A stretch of DNA of 64,000 bases from Candidatus Latescibacterota bacterium (GTDB lineage: Bacteria; Latescibacterota; UBA2968; GCA-2709665), in NCBI GenBank assembly GCA_965226795.1, contig CBDDDZ010000002.1:128001-192000 (forward strand), read 5' to 3'. This document shows positions 10,190 to 21,011 of this stretch, one piece after another; the first letter of the stretch is position 1, and each line of letters begins with the position of its first letter. The position numbers and the translations under genes are program-made. The notes beneath the pieces are model-generated. The model was not told where the DNA came from and did not search any database. It saw only the letters and a list, made by a program, of their open reading frames with translations.

Positions 10190-10277
10190 GTAGGTCGGAC
10201 TGAAGAAGCGACAGCGTGGCCTCCTGGCTCGGAATAAATCGCCGCTCGATGTTTTCCGGAAACGCAGGTGGGCGCCG

Positions 10278-12098
10278 TTATTCACCCGCATGCGCCAGGG
10301 CCTTGTCGACTTTTTCCGTCCACGGGTCTGCGACGCGGGCTTCGTATCTGCCGTCGTTGAAGTAAGCTGCCTTGGGCATGTTACGGTCTTCCAGGATTGC
10401 CTGCCGGTGTGCCCTCTTGAGACGCGGTCTGAGTTTGCGAAGGCCCGCGGCCTTCTCCCGGGCCTCCGGCCCGGAGGGACCGGCGAGGACTTCGTCTGCA
10501 ACGTGCCAGCCGCGGATGAGGGTTGCGGGAAATTGGAACCAGCGGCGGATGTAGTCGATTCTCAGCCGGACAAGCGGGTCTCGCGTGGCGCTGTACGCGC
10601 GGGCCAGCGTGGCTTCGAGGACGTCCGCGTCGCCGGTCGTGTAACAGTCGACCTGTTGGCGCAGTCCGCCCAGGCCCTGGAACCACCGGCCCCGGCGTGG
10701 GCGCCGCCAGATGGATTCGAGAAGGTCGTAGAACGCGCGGACCTCGCCCGCCGCCCCGCCGAACAGACGCGTGAAGAACTCTTCGAGAAGCTTTTCCGGG
10801 TCCTGGTCGGCGTTCCACCAGAGCCTGGAGGCCAGCCAGATCTGGGGGCCAACGGCAGGCCAGTGGGGATAGGCTTCGGCGTAGAAGCCCTTGACGCCCG
10901 CGCTGTGCTGGAACTTGATGTCGTCGGCCATCAGGCGCGGGAAGTAACGCGGAAGCACCCAGCCCAGGCCGTAATAGTCGTACTTGCAGACGTGGTCGCA
11001 CTGTTTGAGCCAGGCGAGGATGAATTCCCGGTCTTTGTCCCGGTATTCGGAATCCAGGTGCTGTGCGGTGTCCTGGGTGAGGTAAATGGCCGTATTGGGC
11101 TCGAGGCGTTCGATGCGTCTGGGCGTCTCCTCCACGTTATGGTAGGCCAGGCATCCCACAAATTTTCCGGGATGGGATTCCTGCAGCGCACGGGCCACGG
11201 CGTTGAAGTAGGTGAACCACCGGTCGGAGTAGATCGGGCGTTCACGGAATTTCAGACCCGGAACGTCGAGCGCACGGCAGTTGTCGCACAGGCAGAAGTT
11301 CCCGTTGTCATTCATGCCCAGAGAGAAACAGTGCGCCTCCGGGTGCTCGTCGAAATAGGCCCGCGTTTCCCGGATGGTGATATCCACGACGTCCGGGTTG
11401 CTGGTGCATGGTTGCCCGAACAGGCCGTTGCTCACCGTGTCGCTCTCGGGGACGAGGCGCTCTCCATCGATGAGCGCGTAGTACTCCGGATTCGTCTTTC
11501 CGTATCGGGCGACCGGAAAGATCTTGTACAGGGCGTGGTGGAAGCCGGCATAGGGCAGTTCGTGCCTGCGGCTGGAGACGCGGTTGCGGCGTTCCCAGCG
11601 ATGTCCCTCCAGCCCGGCGATTCCGCTGAAGACGCGGAAGAGGAAGTGGGGGGTTCTGGTTTCGTTTACCGGCGCAATTTTCAGAGTGGTTTGCAACGGG
11701 ATGTCTTCGAAGAGTTCGCCGGGCATGAACCAGCGCACGTCGAGGTGGTCTTCCAGCAGGCCGTAAACGCCGTAGGACGTGCCGGCGTCGCTTCCGCCGA
11801 GGATGAAGAGATCCCTGCCCGCCGTGTGGATGCGATACCCCTCCACGCCGGCGTCTCCGGCATCCAGGTTCAGCGACCGGGCGTACGCGGTGGCCCCCAC
11901 GTGGATGGCCGTTCTGCCCCGGGGCGCCGGCTTACCGCCGTCCGTTCCCATCGGGGGCGCCATCCCGGTGATTTTTTCGAGGATGGCCTGCAGGTCCGCG
12001 GCGGCGTCGCGAAGCGTATCTCCGGCGCCATCGGGCACGATGATGGCGGTACGGGACTGGCCCCGGTCCGCCAGAGTGAGCGTTCTAAATTGGCGCAT
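10278..12098 (-). CDS. DUF4838 domain protein with alpha-glucuronidase-like N-terminus
   Basis: GTSYGVYGLLEDHLDVRWFMP, PEYYAL, QPCTSNP, MND..FCLCDNC motifs. Confidence 0.8.
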   Translation of the reverse strand: MRQFRTLTLADRGQSRTAIIVPDGAGDTLRDAAADLQAILEKITGMAPPMGTDGGKPAPRGRTAIHVGATAYARSLNLDAGDAGVEGYRIHTAGRDLFILGGSDAGTSYGVYGLLEDHLDVRWFMPGELFEDIPLQTTLKIAPVNETRTPHFLFRVFSGIAGLEGHRWERRNRVSSRRHELPYAGFHHALYKIFPVARYGKTNPEYYALIDGERLVPESDTVSNGLFGQPCTSNPDVVDITIRETRAYFDEHPEAHCFSLGMNDNGNFCLCDNCRALDVPGLKFRERPIYSDRWFTYFNAVARALQESHPGKFVGCLAYHNVEETPRRIERLEPNTAIYLTQDTAQHLDSEYRDKDREFILAWLKQCDHVCKYDYYGLGWVLPRYFPRLMADDIKFQHSAGVKGFYAEAYPHWPAVGPQIWLASRLWWNADQDPEKLLEEFFTRLFGGAAGEVRAFYDLLESIWRRPRRGRWFQGLGGLRQQVDCYTTGDADVLEATLARAYSATRDPLVRLRIDYIRRWFQFPATLIRGWHVADEVLAGPSGPEAREKAAGLRKLRPRLKRAHRQAILEDRNMPKAAYFNDGRYEARVADPWTEKVDKALAHAGE

Positions 12099-12099
12099 G

Positions 12100-13350
12100 T
12101 CAGTGTCCTCCCTGGTGAGGATGAGGTTCGACCGGTTTCTCCTCGTGAAGAAACCGTGGCGTCAGACGCCGGCTGATCTCCGGATAGATGGCGATGAAGT
12201 GGTCACGCATGGTCGGAAACTGAAACGCCTCGGCGGTTTCGAATTCCGTTTCGAGATCCTGTTTGCGGGGCATGTGGCAGTCGATGCAGTTGGTGTGGAT
12301 CGCGTCCCCGAGTTCGGCGGCCATGCCGCAGGCGTGGATCTCGTGGCACGTGGCGCAACGCCGGGAGAACAGGGCAAGGTCTCCGCGCTCCAGCGCGTGC
12401 GGGTTGTGGCAGGTGATGCAGGTCATCGTTGAGCTCTGTTGGAAGCATTTCGATTTGGTCAGGCGTGGAAGCTGGTTGGTGCTGTGCACGCCGATTTTGT
12501 TCTGTTCTTCGGGGGCGTCGAGTTCCAGGTATTCGTGTAGAGCCGCGCCTGGACGGAAGGAAAAGGGCCGCCGGCGCGGGTTGCCTACGCCGGAATGGCA
12601 TTGGGCGCAGAGATCGATCAATCGTGGGGGTTCGAGCCGTCCCGGGTGCAGAATGTACGGCATTTCCTTCGCATCGGGATGCGTGCGCTGATAGGTCGCG
12701 TGGCCCGCGCCGGGCCCGTGACACCGCTCGCAGGAGATGCCAGGCACGAAACGATCCCTGTTGTATGCGTTACTGGAATAGGATTCCGATTCGAACCAGG
12801 TTGCGTGGCACTCCAGGCATCGGGGGACGACTCCACGGGAGAAGTTCACCTCGCCGTCCGCATAGCCCGGGCTGTTGATCCAACGCTGCTGCTGAGTAAA
12901 GTAGGAGATGGGCAACTGGTAAAGGCGGTCACCCTGCCAGAAGAGATAGGTCTGTCCGATTTTTCCGGAGCCGGTGACAATGTCGATGCGCTCGGTCCGC
13001 CGGTAGGTGCCCTCTCCTTTACCGATAATGGCGGTCTGATAGAATCCGGTTTCGTCGGCGGTGATTTCGAAGCGAAGATTCGGGTTCCGGGTTCGGACGA
13101 TGGCGTGGTCGGGAGAGAAACTGCCCAAAATCGATCCGGAATCGGGCAAACGGGAGGTGAGATGGTGTGCTGTGCGCCGGAACTCCTCGAATCGGTCCCG
13201 GTGGCATTCCGCACATGCCTGGGCGCCAATGTAGCCCGATGAACGGGTTTTGCCCTTCGCCTCCCTGCTGTCCGCCAGGATCCGGGCGGCTAAGAGAGAC
13301 AGCAGCAGCAGAAATACGAGTACGGTTAGCCTGTAGCGGGATCTTGCCAT
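12100..13350 (-). CDS. Exported multiheme c-type cytochrome
   Basis: Signal/anchor helix and seven CxxCH motifs (CAECH, CLECH, CERCH, CAQCH, CITCH, CATCH, CIDCH). Confidence 0.88.
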   Translation of the reverse strand: MARSRYRLTVLVFLLLLSLLAARILADSREAKGKTRSSGYIGAQACAECHRDRFEEFRRTAHHLTSRLPDSGSILGSFSPDHAIVRTRNPNLRFEITADETGFYQTAIIGKGEGTYRRTERIDIVTGSGKIGQTYLFWQGDRLYQLPISYFTQQQRWINSPGYADGEVNFSRGVVPRCLECHATWFESESYSSNAYNRDRFVPGISCERCHGPGAGHATYQRTHPDAKEMPYILHPGRLEPPRLIDLCAQCHSGVGNPRRRPFSFRPGAALHEYLELDAPEEQNKIGVHSTNQLPRLTKSKCFQQSSTMTCITCHNPHALERGDLALFSRRCATCHEIHACGMAAELGDAIHTNCIDCHMPRKQDLETEFETAEAFQFPTMRDHFIAIYPEISRRLTPRFLHEEKPVEPHPHQGGH

Positions 13351-13446
13351 AGCGGTTTCAAATTTCGCATGACAGATGGACCGGCGATAGCGAAATTATG
13401 CGTGCGGAACCGCCGGATGTCAAACGAAAACTCGAAAGGCGGCGCC

Positions 13447-14469
13447 ATGTCGAAGAAGCGGATCGCGATTGTGGGAGCCGGGAACATGGCCCGGACACGC
13501 GGAAGGGCGTTTCTGGATACCGGCCGGGCGGAAATCTGCGCGGTGGCTTCGCGGCGTCGGGAGCGCGCTGAAATCTGCGCGAGTGAGTTGGGTTGCGCCG
13601 TTTTTGACGATGATTTCCGGAAGCTGGCCGATACCCGCCCCGACGCGATCCTGATTGAGGTCCCGCATCGCGTTCAGGACGAGGTGACCATTTGGGCGCT
13701 GAATGCAGGCTACGACCTTCTCGTCGGCGGCTGTCTCGCGTCGAGTATGGAAAATGGGCGCCGCATCGTGGAGATGGCGAACCGGTCTGGGCGGATCGTG
13801 GAGGCCGGGTTTCAGCGCCGATACGACCGGGCCTGGGAGGAGATCCGGCGCCTGGTCGCGGGCGGTGATCTGGGCGAGCCGGTGATGGCCGCGACCATGG
13901 CCCTCTGGAACCCGGATCCGGATGGGTGGTACTATAGCCAGGAGGCCAGCGGGGGCATGCCGCTGACCCACATGAGCTACTGCGATCTGAACGCCGTCCG
14001 CTGGATTCTGGGCAGGCCGACCACCGTATCCGCGATGGCCAATCGGAAGCGGAATACGGCGCCCGGTCACGTTACGGAGGAGACATGCGGGGCCCTGATC
14101 GGATTTGAAAACGGAGCGTTCGCTTCGGCCACAGCCAGCTATATTGGCCCCGATGGGATGCCTGACCCGCAGCCGCGATTTGTCTGTACGGAGGGTGGCA
14201 TCCTGCCCAATGCCGACAGCCCGCCGGGAAAGAATTCCATTACCATCTTTCGGGAGGGCCGCTCGGAGGTTCGGGAATTCGAAAACGAGCCGTCTTCGAC
14301 TGTCCGGCAGGCTGGCGCTTTTCTCGATGCGATAGAGCGTCGCCGCGAATCCCGAAATCCACCCGAGGACGCCCTGCTGGACGTCGAAATTGCCGATGCG
14401 GTCTCCATCTCGGCCAGGGAACACCGGACGGTCTCGCTGGCGGAGATTCGATCGGGAGGATCGGTATGA
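13447..14469 (+). CDS. Gfo/Idh/MocA family oxidoreductase
   Basis: IAIVGAGNMA Rossmann motif, GFQRRYD; ATG 13447 preferred over ORF track start 13369. Confidence 0.88.
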   Translation: MSKKRIAIVGAGNMARTRGRAFLDTGRAEICAVASRRRERAEICASELGCAVFDDDFRKLADTRPDAILIEVPHRVQDEVTIWALNAGYDLLVGGCLASSMENGRRIVEMANRSGRIVEAGFQRRYDRAWEEIRRLVAGGDLGEPVMAATMALWNPDPDGWYYSQEASGGMPLTHMSYCDLNAVRWILGRPTTVSAMANRKRNTAPGHVTEETCGALIGFENGAFASATASYIGPDGMPDPQPRFVCTEGGILPNADSPPGKNSITIFREGRSEVREFENEPSSTVRQAGAFLDAIERRRESRNPPEDALLDVEIADAVSISAREHRTVSLAEIRSGGSV

Positions 14470-15308
14470 CAGTGGTGGAGTTGTGGCCGGGCACGGTTCC
14501 CGGAGATGTCGGTATAGACGGTCAGGAGAAGAGGCGCATCCACGACTCCAGGTTCGTGGGGAACACGCTGCTGATCACCAACGTCACCCGACCTTCCCTG
14601 GCGGTACACCTCCCTCCGGCGGAGAAGAACACGGGCACTGCCATGCTCATCTGCCCGGGAGGAGGGTATTGGGATCTCTATTGGGATCTGGAAGGTGAGG
14701 AGGTTGCGGCCTGGCTGAATTCCCGGGGCGTGGCCGGTATCATTCTGAAATACAGGGTTCCGCGCCGTCCGGGCGATGTGAAAGGGGTTCCGCCGGCCGG
14801 CCCCCTGGCGGACGCCCAGCGTGCGGTCAGTATGGTACGTAGCCATGCGAGCGAATGGTGTATTGATCCCAAACGTATCGGTATGGTAGGTTTCTCCGCG
14901 GGGGGTCACCTGGCGCTGGCGACCGCCACCGGTTTCCAGGACCGAAGCTACCAGCAAATTGACGCAATCGATGCCGTGAGTTGCCGGCCGGACTTTTCCG
15001 TGTTATGTTACTCGGGGTACCTGAAGGATAGGGACCGCGATGAGGTTTTGGAAGGGATTCACATTCCGGCCGATACGCCTCCTGTGTTTCTGACCCACGC
15101 CAGCGACGACAGCGAATCCGAGGTCGCCCACAGCGTGATCATGTACCTGGCGCTACACCGGGCCGGGGTTCCGACAGAATTGCATGTCTACGCAACCGGC
15201 GAGCATGATTATGGTGTACGCCAAAACGGCGAGCTGCCTTCCAGTTGGCCGCAGCTATGCCTCAAGTGGCTACGCAGCAGGGGTCTGCTCTCTGAACCTC
15301 CAGGTTGA
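14466..15308 (+). CDS. Alpha/beta hydrolase (esterase, BD-FAE/xylan esterase-like)
   Basis: CPGGGY oxyanion loop, GFSAGG nucleophile elbow, Asp and His (GEHDYG) of the triad. Confidence 0.88.
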   Translation: MTVVELWPGTVPGDVGIDGQEKRRIHDSRFVGNTLLITNVTRPSLAVHLPPAEKNTGTAMLICPGGGYWDLYWDLEGEEVAAWLNSRGVAGIILKYRVPRRPGDVKGVPPAGPLADAQRAVSMVRSHASEWCIDPKRIGMVGFSAGGHLALATATGFQDRSYQQIDAIDAVSCRPDFSVLCYSGYLKDRDRDEVLEGIHIPADTPPVFLTHASDDSESEVAHSVIMYLALHRAGVPTELHVYATGEHDYGVRQNGELPSSWPQLCLKWLRSRGLLSEPPG

Positions 15309-15632
15309 CTGGCATCGAGTGTTCTGACCCGGAAATAGATTGCCGAAATTCGGCCGACCAGTTGCAGCAACAACAGCTATCAGCCGTCAGCTTGAATCAA
15401 AAACCCAATCCGTTGACGTCAACGTCGTGACCTCTCCCCCCGGCCCCCTCTCCTAAAGGAAAGGGGGTGGAAAACCTATATATCTAGCGGACGCCGGCAA
15501 TGACGAGATTCGGCTCACACGGAGACACGAAGACACAAAGGAAAAGACAGCGATCAGTGTTCGGTTGTTAGCTAAAACCGCGAGGCCATGCGGCGGGCCT
15601 TGCCGGTTTACCCCACCTGGAACCGGTGGTGT

Positions 15633-15830
15633 GGGGGCTTTTCCGCGCTAATCCGTTCAGCAACGTGGTACGGCGTCGCTCCCGAAGGGCCTCAGGGCAA
15701 TGCAATTCTTTAGTTCCTTCGAGGCGATTCGCGGAAAAGCAGCCCCGCGGCGTCTGAGCGGCGCCCTTCTTTTTCGCCCTTTTTCTTGGGCGATGCAAGA
15801 AAAAGGGCATGGGAATAGGGGACGTTAGGG
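15633..15830. repeat. ~200 bp structured dispersed repeat, copy 2
   Basis: Homologous to 1861-2053 with compensatory stem changes. Confidence 0.8.
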
Positions 15831-15984
15831 GGTGGTGAGACGCGGTTGCTTCGACAAACTCGGTGCAGGCAATGCAGCGAGACGGGATGAATCGGCGGAA
15901 GAGTGGAAACATATTTCAGGGACGAGACACCAAATATAGGGCTAATTTGTGAATTGATCGGGATAGCATGGAAAAAGTATACGG

Positions 15985-18816
15985 ATGTTCAGCGAAAAAC
16001 ATCGAATGTTGAGAGCGTTGCACCGTTTGATCGTCGCAACGCTCTTCTTTTCCGTCTCAATAGACGCCGAGGAGACCCACGTCATGAAAACCGGAGAAGG
16101 TACCAGTGCTCCCACACCGTCCAGGACTTTTGCCGTTAGCGGATCGGTCGTCATGCAGGCGGAGGCCGCCGGGATCGATCCCGGTCGAGCAGAGGTCGTA
16201 GCGCAAGGCTCGTTCACCGGTGGGAAAGGCGTCTCGCTCAAGGCTGGTCTGGCCGCCAACGTGGGGTCGCCAGGTACCGAACCGGATCTGGTTTTCAAGG
16301 TGCGGGCTTCCAGGGCCGGGCGGTACGTGATTCGCACGCACGCGGCCACGGACGCCAGGGGCAGCGAGGCGATGCGCGAGGCCGGGACCAAGCATGATTC
16401 GCCGCACCTGATGATCGCTGTCGGCGGTGGCCGCCCCACCAGACGCGTGGTGTTCGTGCCGTGGAGCCGTTCGGAGAGCTGCACGCAGGTGACGGGCAAG
16501 TTCGATCTCAACGGACAGGAGCAGGAGATCCGGATCTGGCTGCCGGAGAACGTGCGCCTCGATTACCTCGATGTCAGCCCTTACACGCCTCCGGAAGTGC
16601 CGGCGGCCGTGACCGCCTACCGGCCGACGGTCGTTCCTCCGGCATCCCGGCCGCGCATCTGGGTGAATGAGCAGTCGCTGCCGAAGGTTCGGGCGAACCT
16701 CACGAAAGGTGAAAACGCGCCGCTTTGGACCCAAGTGAGGGAAATGGCGGCCGAACCATTCGCATTTAGAGTTAAACCGGGTACGGAAGTCAGCTATAAC
16801 CCCGGACTCGAGAAAGCGGCCGTAGCCAGGGCTTTCCTTTACCTGATGAATGGCGAAAAGACGCGCGGCCGGGAAGCGGTAGCGCTGATCCGCGACTACC
16901 TCGCCGCAGTCGAATTCGGAAATCTGCTCGACATTACCCGCGAAATCGGCCGGGCCATCTACTCGGCCGCACAGGTTTACGACTGGTGCTACGAGCTGAT
17001 GACACCCGACGACAGGGACAGCATCCGTGGCGATCTCATGCGCCTCGCCGACGACATGGAAATCGGCTGGCCGCCGTTCAAGCAGATGATCGTCAACGGC
17101 CATGGCAACGAGGCGCAGGTCAACCGCGATCTGCTCTGCATGGCCATCGCGATCTACGACGAGGATCCGGTGCCGTATCGCTACTGCTCCTACCGCATGC
17201 TTGAAGAGCTGGTGCCGATGCGCCGGTTCGAATACCAATCCCCGCGCCACAACCAGGGCGTCAGTTACGGCCCGTACCGGTTCGGCTGGGATATGCACGC
17301 CGCCTGGCTCTTATACCGCATGGCCGGCGAGCGGGTTTTCGATGACAACATCGCGGATGTCTGCAAGTTCTGGCTTTACATGCGCCTGCCGAACGAAGAG
17401 ACCCTGCGGGACGGCGACGGATTTTCCGACGGCAGGCCCGCAAGTCTCGGAGCTACCGCACTGCTCAGCTACGCCTACAGCAACGATCCGGTCATCAAGC
17501 GCGACTTCGAGCGGCAGGGCGGGCTGTCCTCCGATCCGATCCTGGTGCTGCTGCTGAACGACCCGGACCTGGAGGCGGCGACGAATTTTGATTCATTGCC
17601 GCTCACCCTCGATTTTGGCCCGGTCATCGGTTCAATGGTTGCCCGAACCGGCTGGAACATGGGCCGGGGTGTGTCCGACGTGGTGGTGGAAATGAAGGGC
17701 GGGGGGTATCACTTCGGCAATCACCAGCACGCTGACGCCGGCAGTTTCCAGATCTACTACGGCGGGCTGCAGGCGGCTGACCTGGGGCAGTACCATTTCT
17801 ATGGAACGCCCTACGATTTCAACTTCTGCAAGCGTTCGATCTCGCACAGCATGATGCTGGCGGTCGATCCTGACGAGGAGTTCCATCGCAACGCTGCCAA
17901 CGATGGAGGCACCCGTTTCATTCAATCCTGCCCCACTACACCGGAACAGGCACGTACGGATCCGACATTTGCCAACGGGGCCGTCCTGTCGGCCGACTTC
18001 GGCCCGTCTCCACAGCGGCCGTTCTACAGCTACTTCTCGGTCAACCTGACATCGGCGTACAGCAAGAAGATCGTGGACTACGTCCGGACCTTCTGCTTCC
18101 TCAACCTCGACAACGCCCGGACCCCTGCGGTGCTGATCGTCCTGGACAACATGACCACCGCCAGGCCGGAGTTCAGGAAATACTGGCAGGTCAACACCCT
18201 CAGCCCGCCTGAAACCACGGCCGACGGCGTCATCCTGAGAAACAGCAACTCTGAAGTGAGCGGCAAAGTCACTCTCCGAATGCTACGACCGAAGGCGGGT
18301 GAGCGGAACCTGCAGGTCCTGAGCGGCAAGGACGCCAACAGCGTGTTCGGGCAGTTCTTCACACCACCAAAACCCGACCGACCGGAAGCGAACGGCCATC
18401 GCGTGCTGTTCTCGCCCGCCAAAGAGCAGGGCAACGATGTGTTTCTGACGGTCATGTCGATGTCCGATGATAAGGGGCCGGATCTGCCGGTTGATCTTGT
18501 GGAACTTCCTGAGGCCTTCGTTGTCACACTGGCCGACCGGGTGGTGGTCCTGAGCAGGACCGGTAAACTGCTCACGCAGGCGCTGCATGTGGACGTCGGG
18601 GCCGATGAGAGCTGCCAGTTGCTGCTGGCCGGCCTGGCTCCGGGCGCATGGAGTATCCGCGGCCAGGACGGTAAGGTCCGGTTCAACACCCGCGTCGACG
18701 CCAACCGGAACACCGCGTTTTTCGTGGTTCCCGGCGGGGAATATACGGTTCAGCCCGAAGCCATCCCTGGTGCGACCGAGTTCCAGGCCGCACCGGACTT
18801 CATGCCCGCCCTCTGA
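15985..18816 (+). CDS. Secreted heparinase II-like polysaccharide lyase
   Basis: Signal peptide, GHGNEAQVNRDLL, HNQGVSYGPYRF, NHQHADAGSFQIYY motifs. Confidence 0.8.
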   Translation: MFSEKHRMLRALHRLIVATLFFSVSIDAEETHVMKTGEGTSAPTPSRTFAVSGSVVMQAEAAGIDPGRAEVVAQGSFTGGKGVSLKAGLAANVGSPGTEPDLVFKVRASRAGRYVIRTHAATDARGSEAMREAGTKHDSPHLMIAVGGGRPTRRVVFVPWSRSESCTQVTGKFDLNGQEQEIRIWLPENVRLDYLDVSPYTPPEVPAAVTAYRPTVVPPASRPRIWVNEQSLPKVRANLTKGENAPLWTQVREMAAEPFAFRVKPGTEVSYNPGLEKAAVARAFLYLMNGEKTRGREAVALIRDYLAAVEFGNLLDITREIGRAIYSAAQVYDWCYELMTPDDRDSIRGDLMRLADDMEIGWPPFKQMIVNGHGNEAQVNRDLLCMAIAIYDEDPVPYRYCSYRMLEELVPMRRFEYQSPRHNQGVSYGPYRFGWDMHAAWLLYRMAGERVFDDNIADVCKFWLYMRLPNEETLRDGDGFSDGRPASLGATALLSYAYSNDPVIKRDFERQGGLSSDPILVLLLNDPDLEAATNFDSLPLTLDFGPVIGSMVARTGWNMGRGVSDVVVEMKGGGYHFGNHQHADAGSFQIYYGGLQAADLGQYHFYGTPYDFNFCKRSISHSMMLAVDPDEEFHRNAANDGGTRFIQSCPTTPEQARTDPTFANGAVLSADFGPSPQRPFYSYFSVNLTSAYSKKIVDYVRTFCFLNLDNARTPAVLIVLDNMTTARPEFRKYWQVNTLSPPETTADGVILRNSNSEVSGKVTLRMLRPKAGERNLQVLSGKDANSVFGQFFTPPKPDRPEANGHRVLFSPAKEQGNDVFLTVMSMSDDKGPDLPVDLVELPEAFVVTLADRVVVLSRTGKLLTQALHVDVGADESCQLLLAGLAPGAWSIRGQDGKVRFNTRVDANRNTAFFVVPGGEYTVQPEAIPGATEFQAAPDFMPAL

Positions 18817-19280
18817 TAGATTGCGGGCTGAACGCGATCTTGAAAGAAGGGTGATATACAGGTGTTTGTGAATCCGTGGGTATGCGACGTCTGAAAGATG
18901 TCAGGCACCTGCGTCGGTTCCGCTTTTTCGCCCGTCGACTGCCCCGAAACGATGCGGTTGCGATCCCGGCACGATGCGTCAGAACACCACGTTAACGAAG
19001 GAGATGGGGCTGGGGCGGGGGTACCAGAGCCGGCAGCTTCTCCAGGAGTACCAGGGTGAGATCAGGAGAAGGAGCGTACCTGCCGACCACGGCGTTTTGT
19101 GCTCGAAGCTAAGCTATTCGGAAGCGAGGACACGTAGGCATCACGACGCCGGCACAGGTCAGGCTACCTGGCCGCATAGCCAATCGAGCCTCCGCAGCTG
19201 GCTGGAGTTGCTGCAGGTAGGATGATGTCTGAGGGCGCGGGAGTACCGGCATACGAACGAACTTTAAGGGCGAAAGTCAC

Positions 19281-19688
19281 CTATTCAATTTCCCACCAGA
19301 TGGAATTCGCGACGATAGCGTTACGGACTGCCATTTTCTTGCGTCCCTTTATCAGGGAGTGGGCATCGTTTGGGCCCTGAACAGGATCCTCAATCGGATC
19401 GTATATGACTTGCTGCTTCCAGTCCGGAACTATCTGACCCTCTCGTTTGGGATTGCGAGGATTCTTGATCTCGTCACAAACCGAGATTTCAATCACTCGG
19501 TTCTTTCCTTGCGCCACGTGGAAGGATGTTGTCGGATCAGGACGGAACCTCGCCCAGTCACAGGAGAGTTCGATATCACTAAACAGTGAGCCGGGTATCC
19601 CCACCTGGTCTTTCGGAAAGGCATCGCTGCGACACCACCTATATAGTACCTCACCATTTGGAATCACACTACCTGGAGATGGAGGCAT
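19281..19688 (-). CDS. Hypothetical protein, possible ADP-ribosyltransferase/RES-like toxin
   Basis: EVLYR..LSCDW..NDAHSLI pattern (R-S-H layout); last gene of an overlapping triad. Confidence 0.55.
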   Translation of the reverse strand: MPPSPGSVIPNGEVLYRWCRSDAFPKDQVGIPGSLFSDIELSCDWARFRPDPTTSFHVAQGKNRVIEISVCDEIKNPRNPKREGQIVPDWKQQVIYDPIEDPVQGPNDAHSLIKGRKKMAVRNAIVANSIWWEIE

Positions 19689-20265
19689 ATTGAGAGGGTA
19701 CCATGCCGATCAGCTCGTTTCTCGATAAGTTTACTTCGAAATAGCTGCCACCGTATAACACTTCCAGGTCTACCCGTCCATTGTTCGTTATTGTCACGTT
19801 GATTGCATTATCGTCATCCGCATGAAGTTCAACGATTATTCCTCCACTTGGGATAGGGCCCATAACTATCCTCGGAATGACGCTGACTTCTTCACTGATA
19901 ACCCACTTGCTGATGGAGACAAGCAATGCCTGTGAAAGGAAAATCGCAGAGGAGGATGGCTTGACCGCGCCTCCCGATACCCAATCTGATTCGAGATTCT
20001 GCAACCCCCCGAGATAGCTGAATCTGTTGGACACGAGAGAGGCGAAATTTCGAAGCCCAGTTTCCTTCCAGTCGCCTGACCGGCCATGACGAAGGTCATT
20101 GACATCGCCAAAAACGGAAATATCCGAAGTGCAGGGGGTGTCTACCTTCTCGCCGAAACCTGAAACAGGAGTCGCCTCCGGTGTATTAAATGCGCGCACC
20201 TCGTCATCATTAAACACTGATGGCGACTCTTTCACGTAGGGTACTCGGACTGTGTCTAGGTCCAT
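19669..20265 (-). CDS. Hypothetical protein (middle gene of TIGR04255 triad)
   Basis: Overlaps both neighbours; LQNLESDW..P..GPIPSGGIIVE pattern; low-complexity N-terminus. Confidence 0.6.
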   Translation of the reverse strand: MDLDTVRVPYVKESPSVFNDDEVRAFNTPEATPVSGFGEKVDTPCTSDISVFGDVNDLRHGRSGDWKETGLRNFASLVSNRFSYLGGLQNLESDWVSGGAVKPSSSAIFLSQALLVSISKWVISEEVSVIPRIVMGPIPSGGIIVELHADDDNAINVTITNNGRVDLEVLYGGSYFEVNLSRNELIGMVPSQYASISR

Positions 20266-21011
20266 TGTTCAAGAATCTCCGGTGTGAAAATCCTGCTGAA
20301 GTGATCGTACTGGACCATGTGTGCCTTGTCAAACCAGGCGTCACTCGACTGATGTGGGTTGAGACCACGAAGGATGCTCTCGATCCGAAGGACCTGCTTT
20401 CCCCTGGCGTCAGGGGCCGTGTTCACCGCAAAAATGCCGTATCCGCCCAGAGGATCATACCTGTAGGTATAGCGTGAGACCAAATTGTTAAGCCCACATG
20501 GAGTCTTGATTTCCGGCGGCTTGATGCGCATGATTTTGTGGGCATCACTCAGGCTGGCGATGTGCTCTTGCCACTCGATACGATCATGATAGCTGAGGTC
20601 GTAGTATTTGACTGAATCCGTCGTGAAATCGGCGGAAGAAAGGCTTAGTGCATCGAGGGCTACCCTGAATTTGCGATATATAGCGGTGTAACCAGGATAG
20701 TTGCCGACTGGTTCATGGTCCGGACGAATCCAGTTGAGGTAGACTTTATTCACCTGTATTTGGCACATCCAATTGTCGTCGTCGCTGCGCAGGCGAATGA
20801 GGACAGGACCCATATTCTCGGGATTTACTTCCTGAGTGATTTGGAATCCAGACATCGTTTCGTCGACAAGGGGGGGACGGATTTCCACTCTCGGGTATTC
20901 GCCCGATAGGGCTTGCTGGGCGTCAAAGAGGTCCCTTATGGTTAGGCGTTCCCCCGAAAAGGTCACGCCAAAGATAACCTCGGATACTGGTGCCTTGGGG
21001 TATCTCTTCAT
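20256..21011 (-). CDS. TIGR04255 family protein
   Basis: YPKAPVSEVIFGVTF N-terminus, YPGY, LSYHDRI and F..IFTPE C-terminus; ATG 21011 preferred. Confidence 0.75.
   Translation of the reverse strand: MKRYPKAPVSEVIFGVTFSGERLTIRDLFDAQQALSGEYPRVEIRPPLVDETMSGFQITQEVNPENMGPVLIRLRSDDDNWMCQIQVNKVYLNWIRPDHEPVGNYPGYTAIYRKFRVALDALSLSSADFTTDSVKYYDLSYHDRIEWQEHIASLSDAHKIMRIKPPEIKTPCGLNNLVSRYTYRYDPLGGYGIFAVNTAPDARGKQVLRIESILRGLNPHQSSDAWFDKAHMVQYDHFSRIFTPEILEQWT

Noticed and set aside
10290..12176. 628 aa plus-strand ORF
   Set aside because: Antisense shadow of the DUF4838 gene, typical of high-GC DNA; no motifs
18974..19225. 83 aa ORF after the lyase
   Set aside because: No recognisable motif or RBS; possibly decayed DNA
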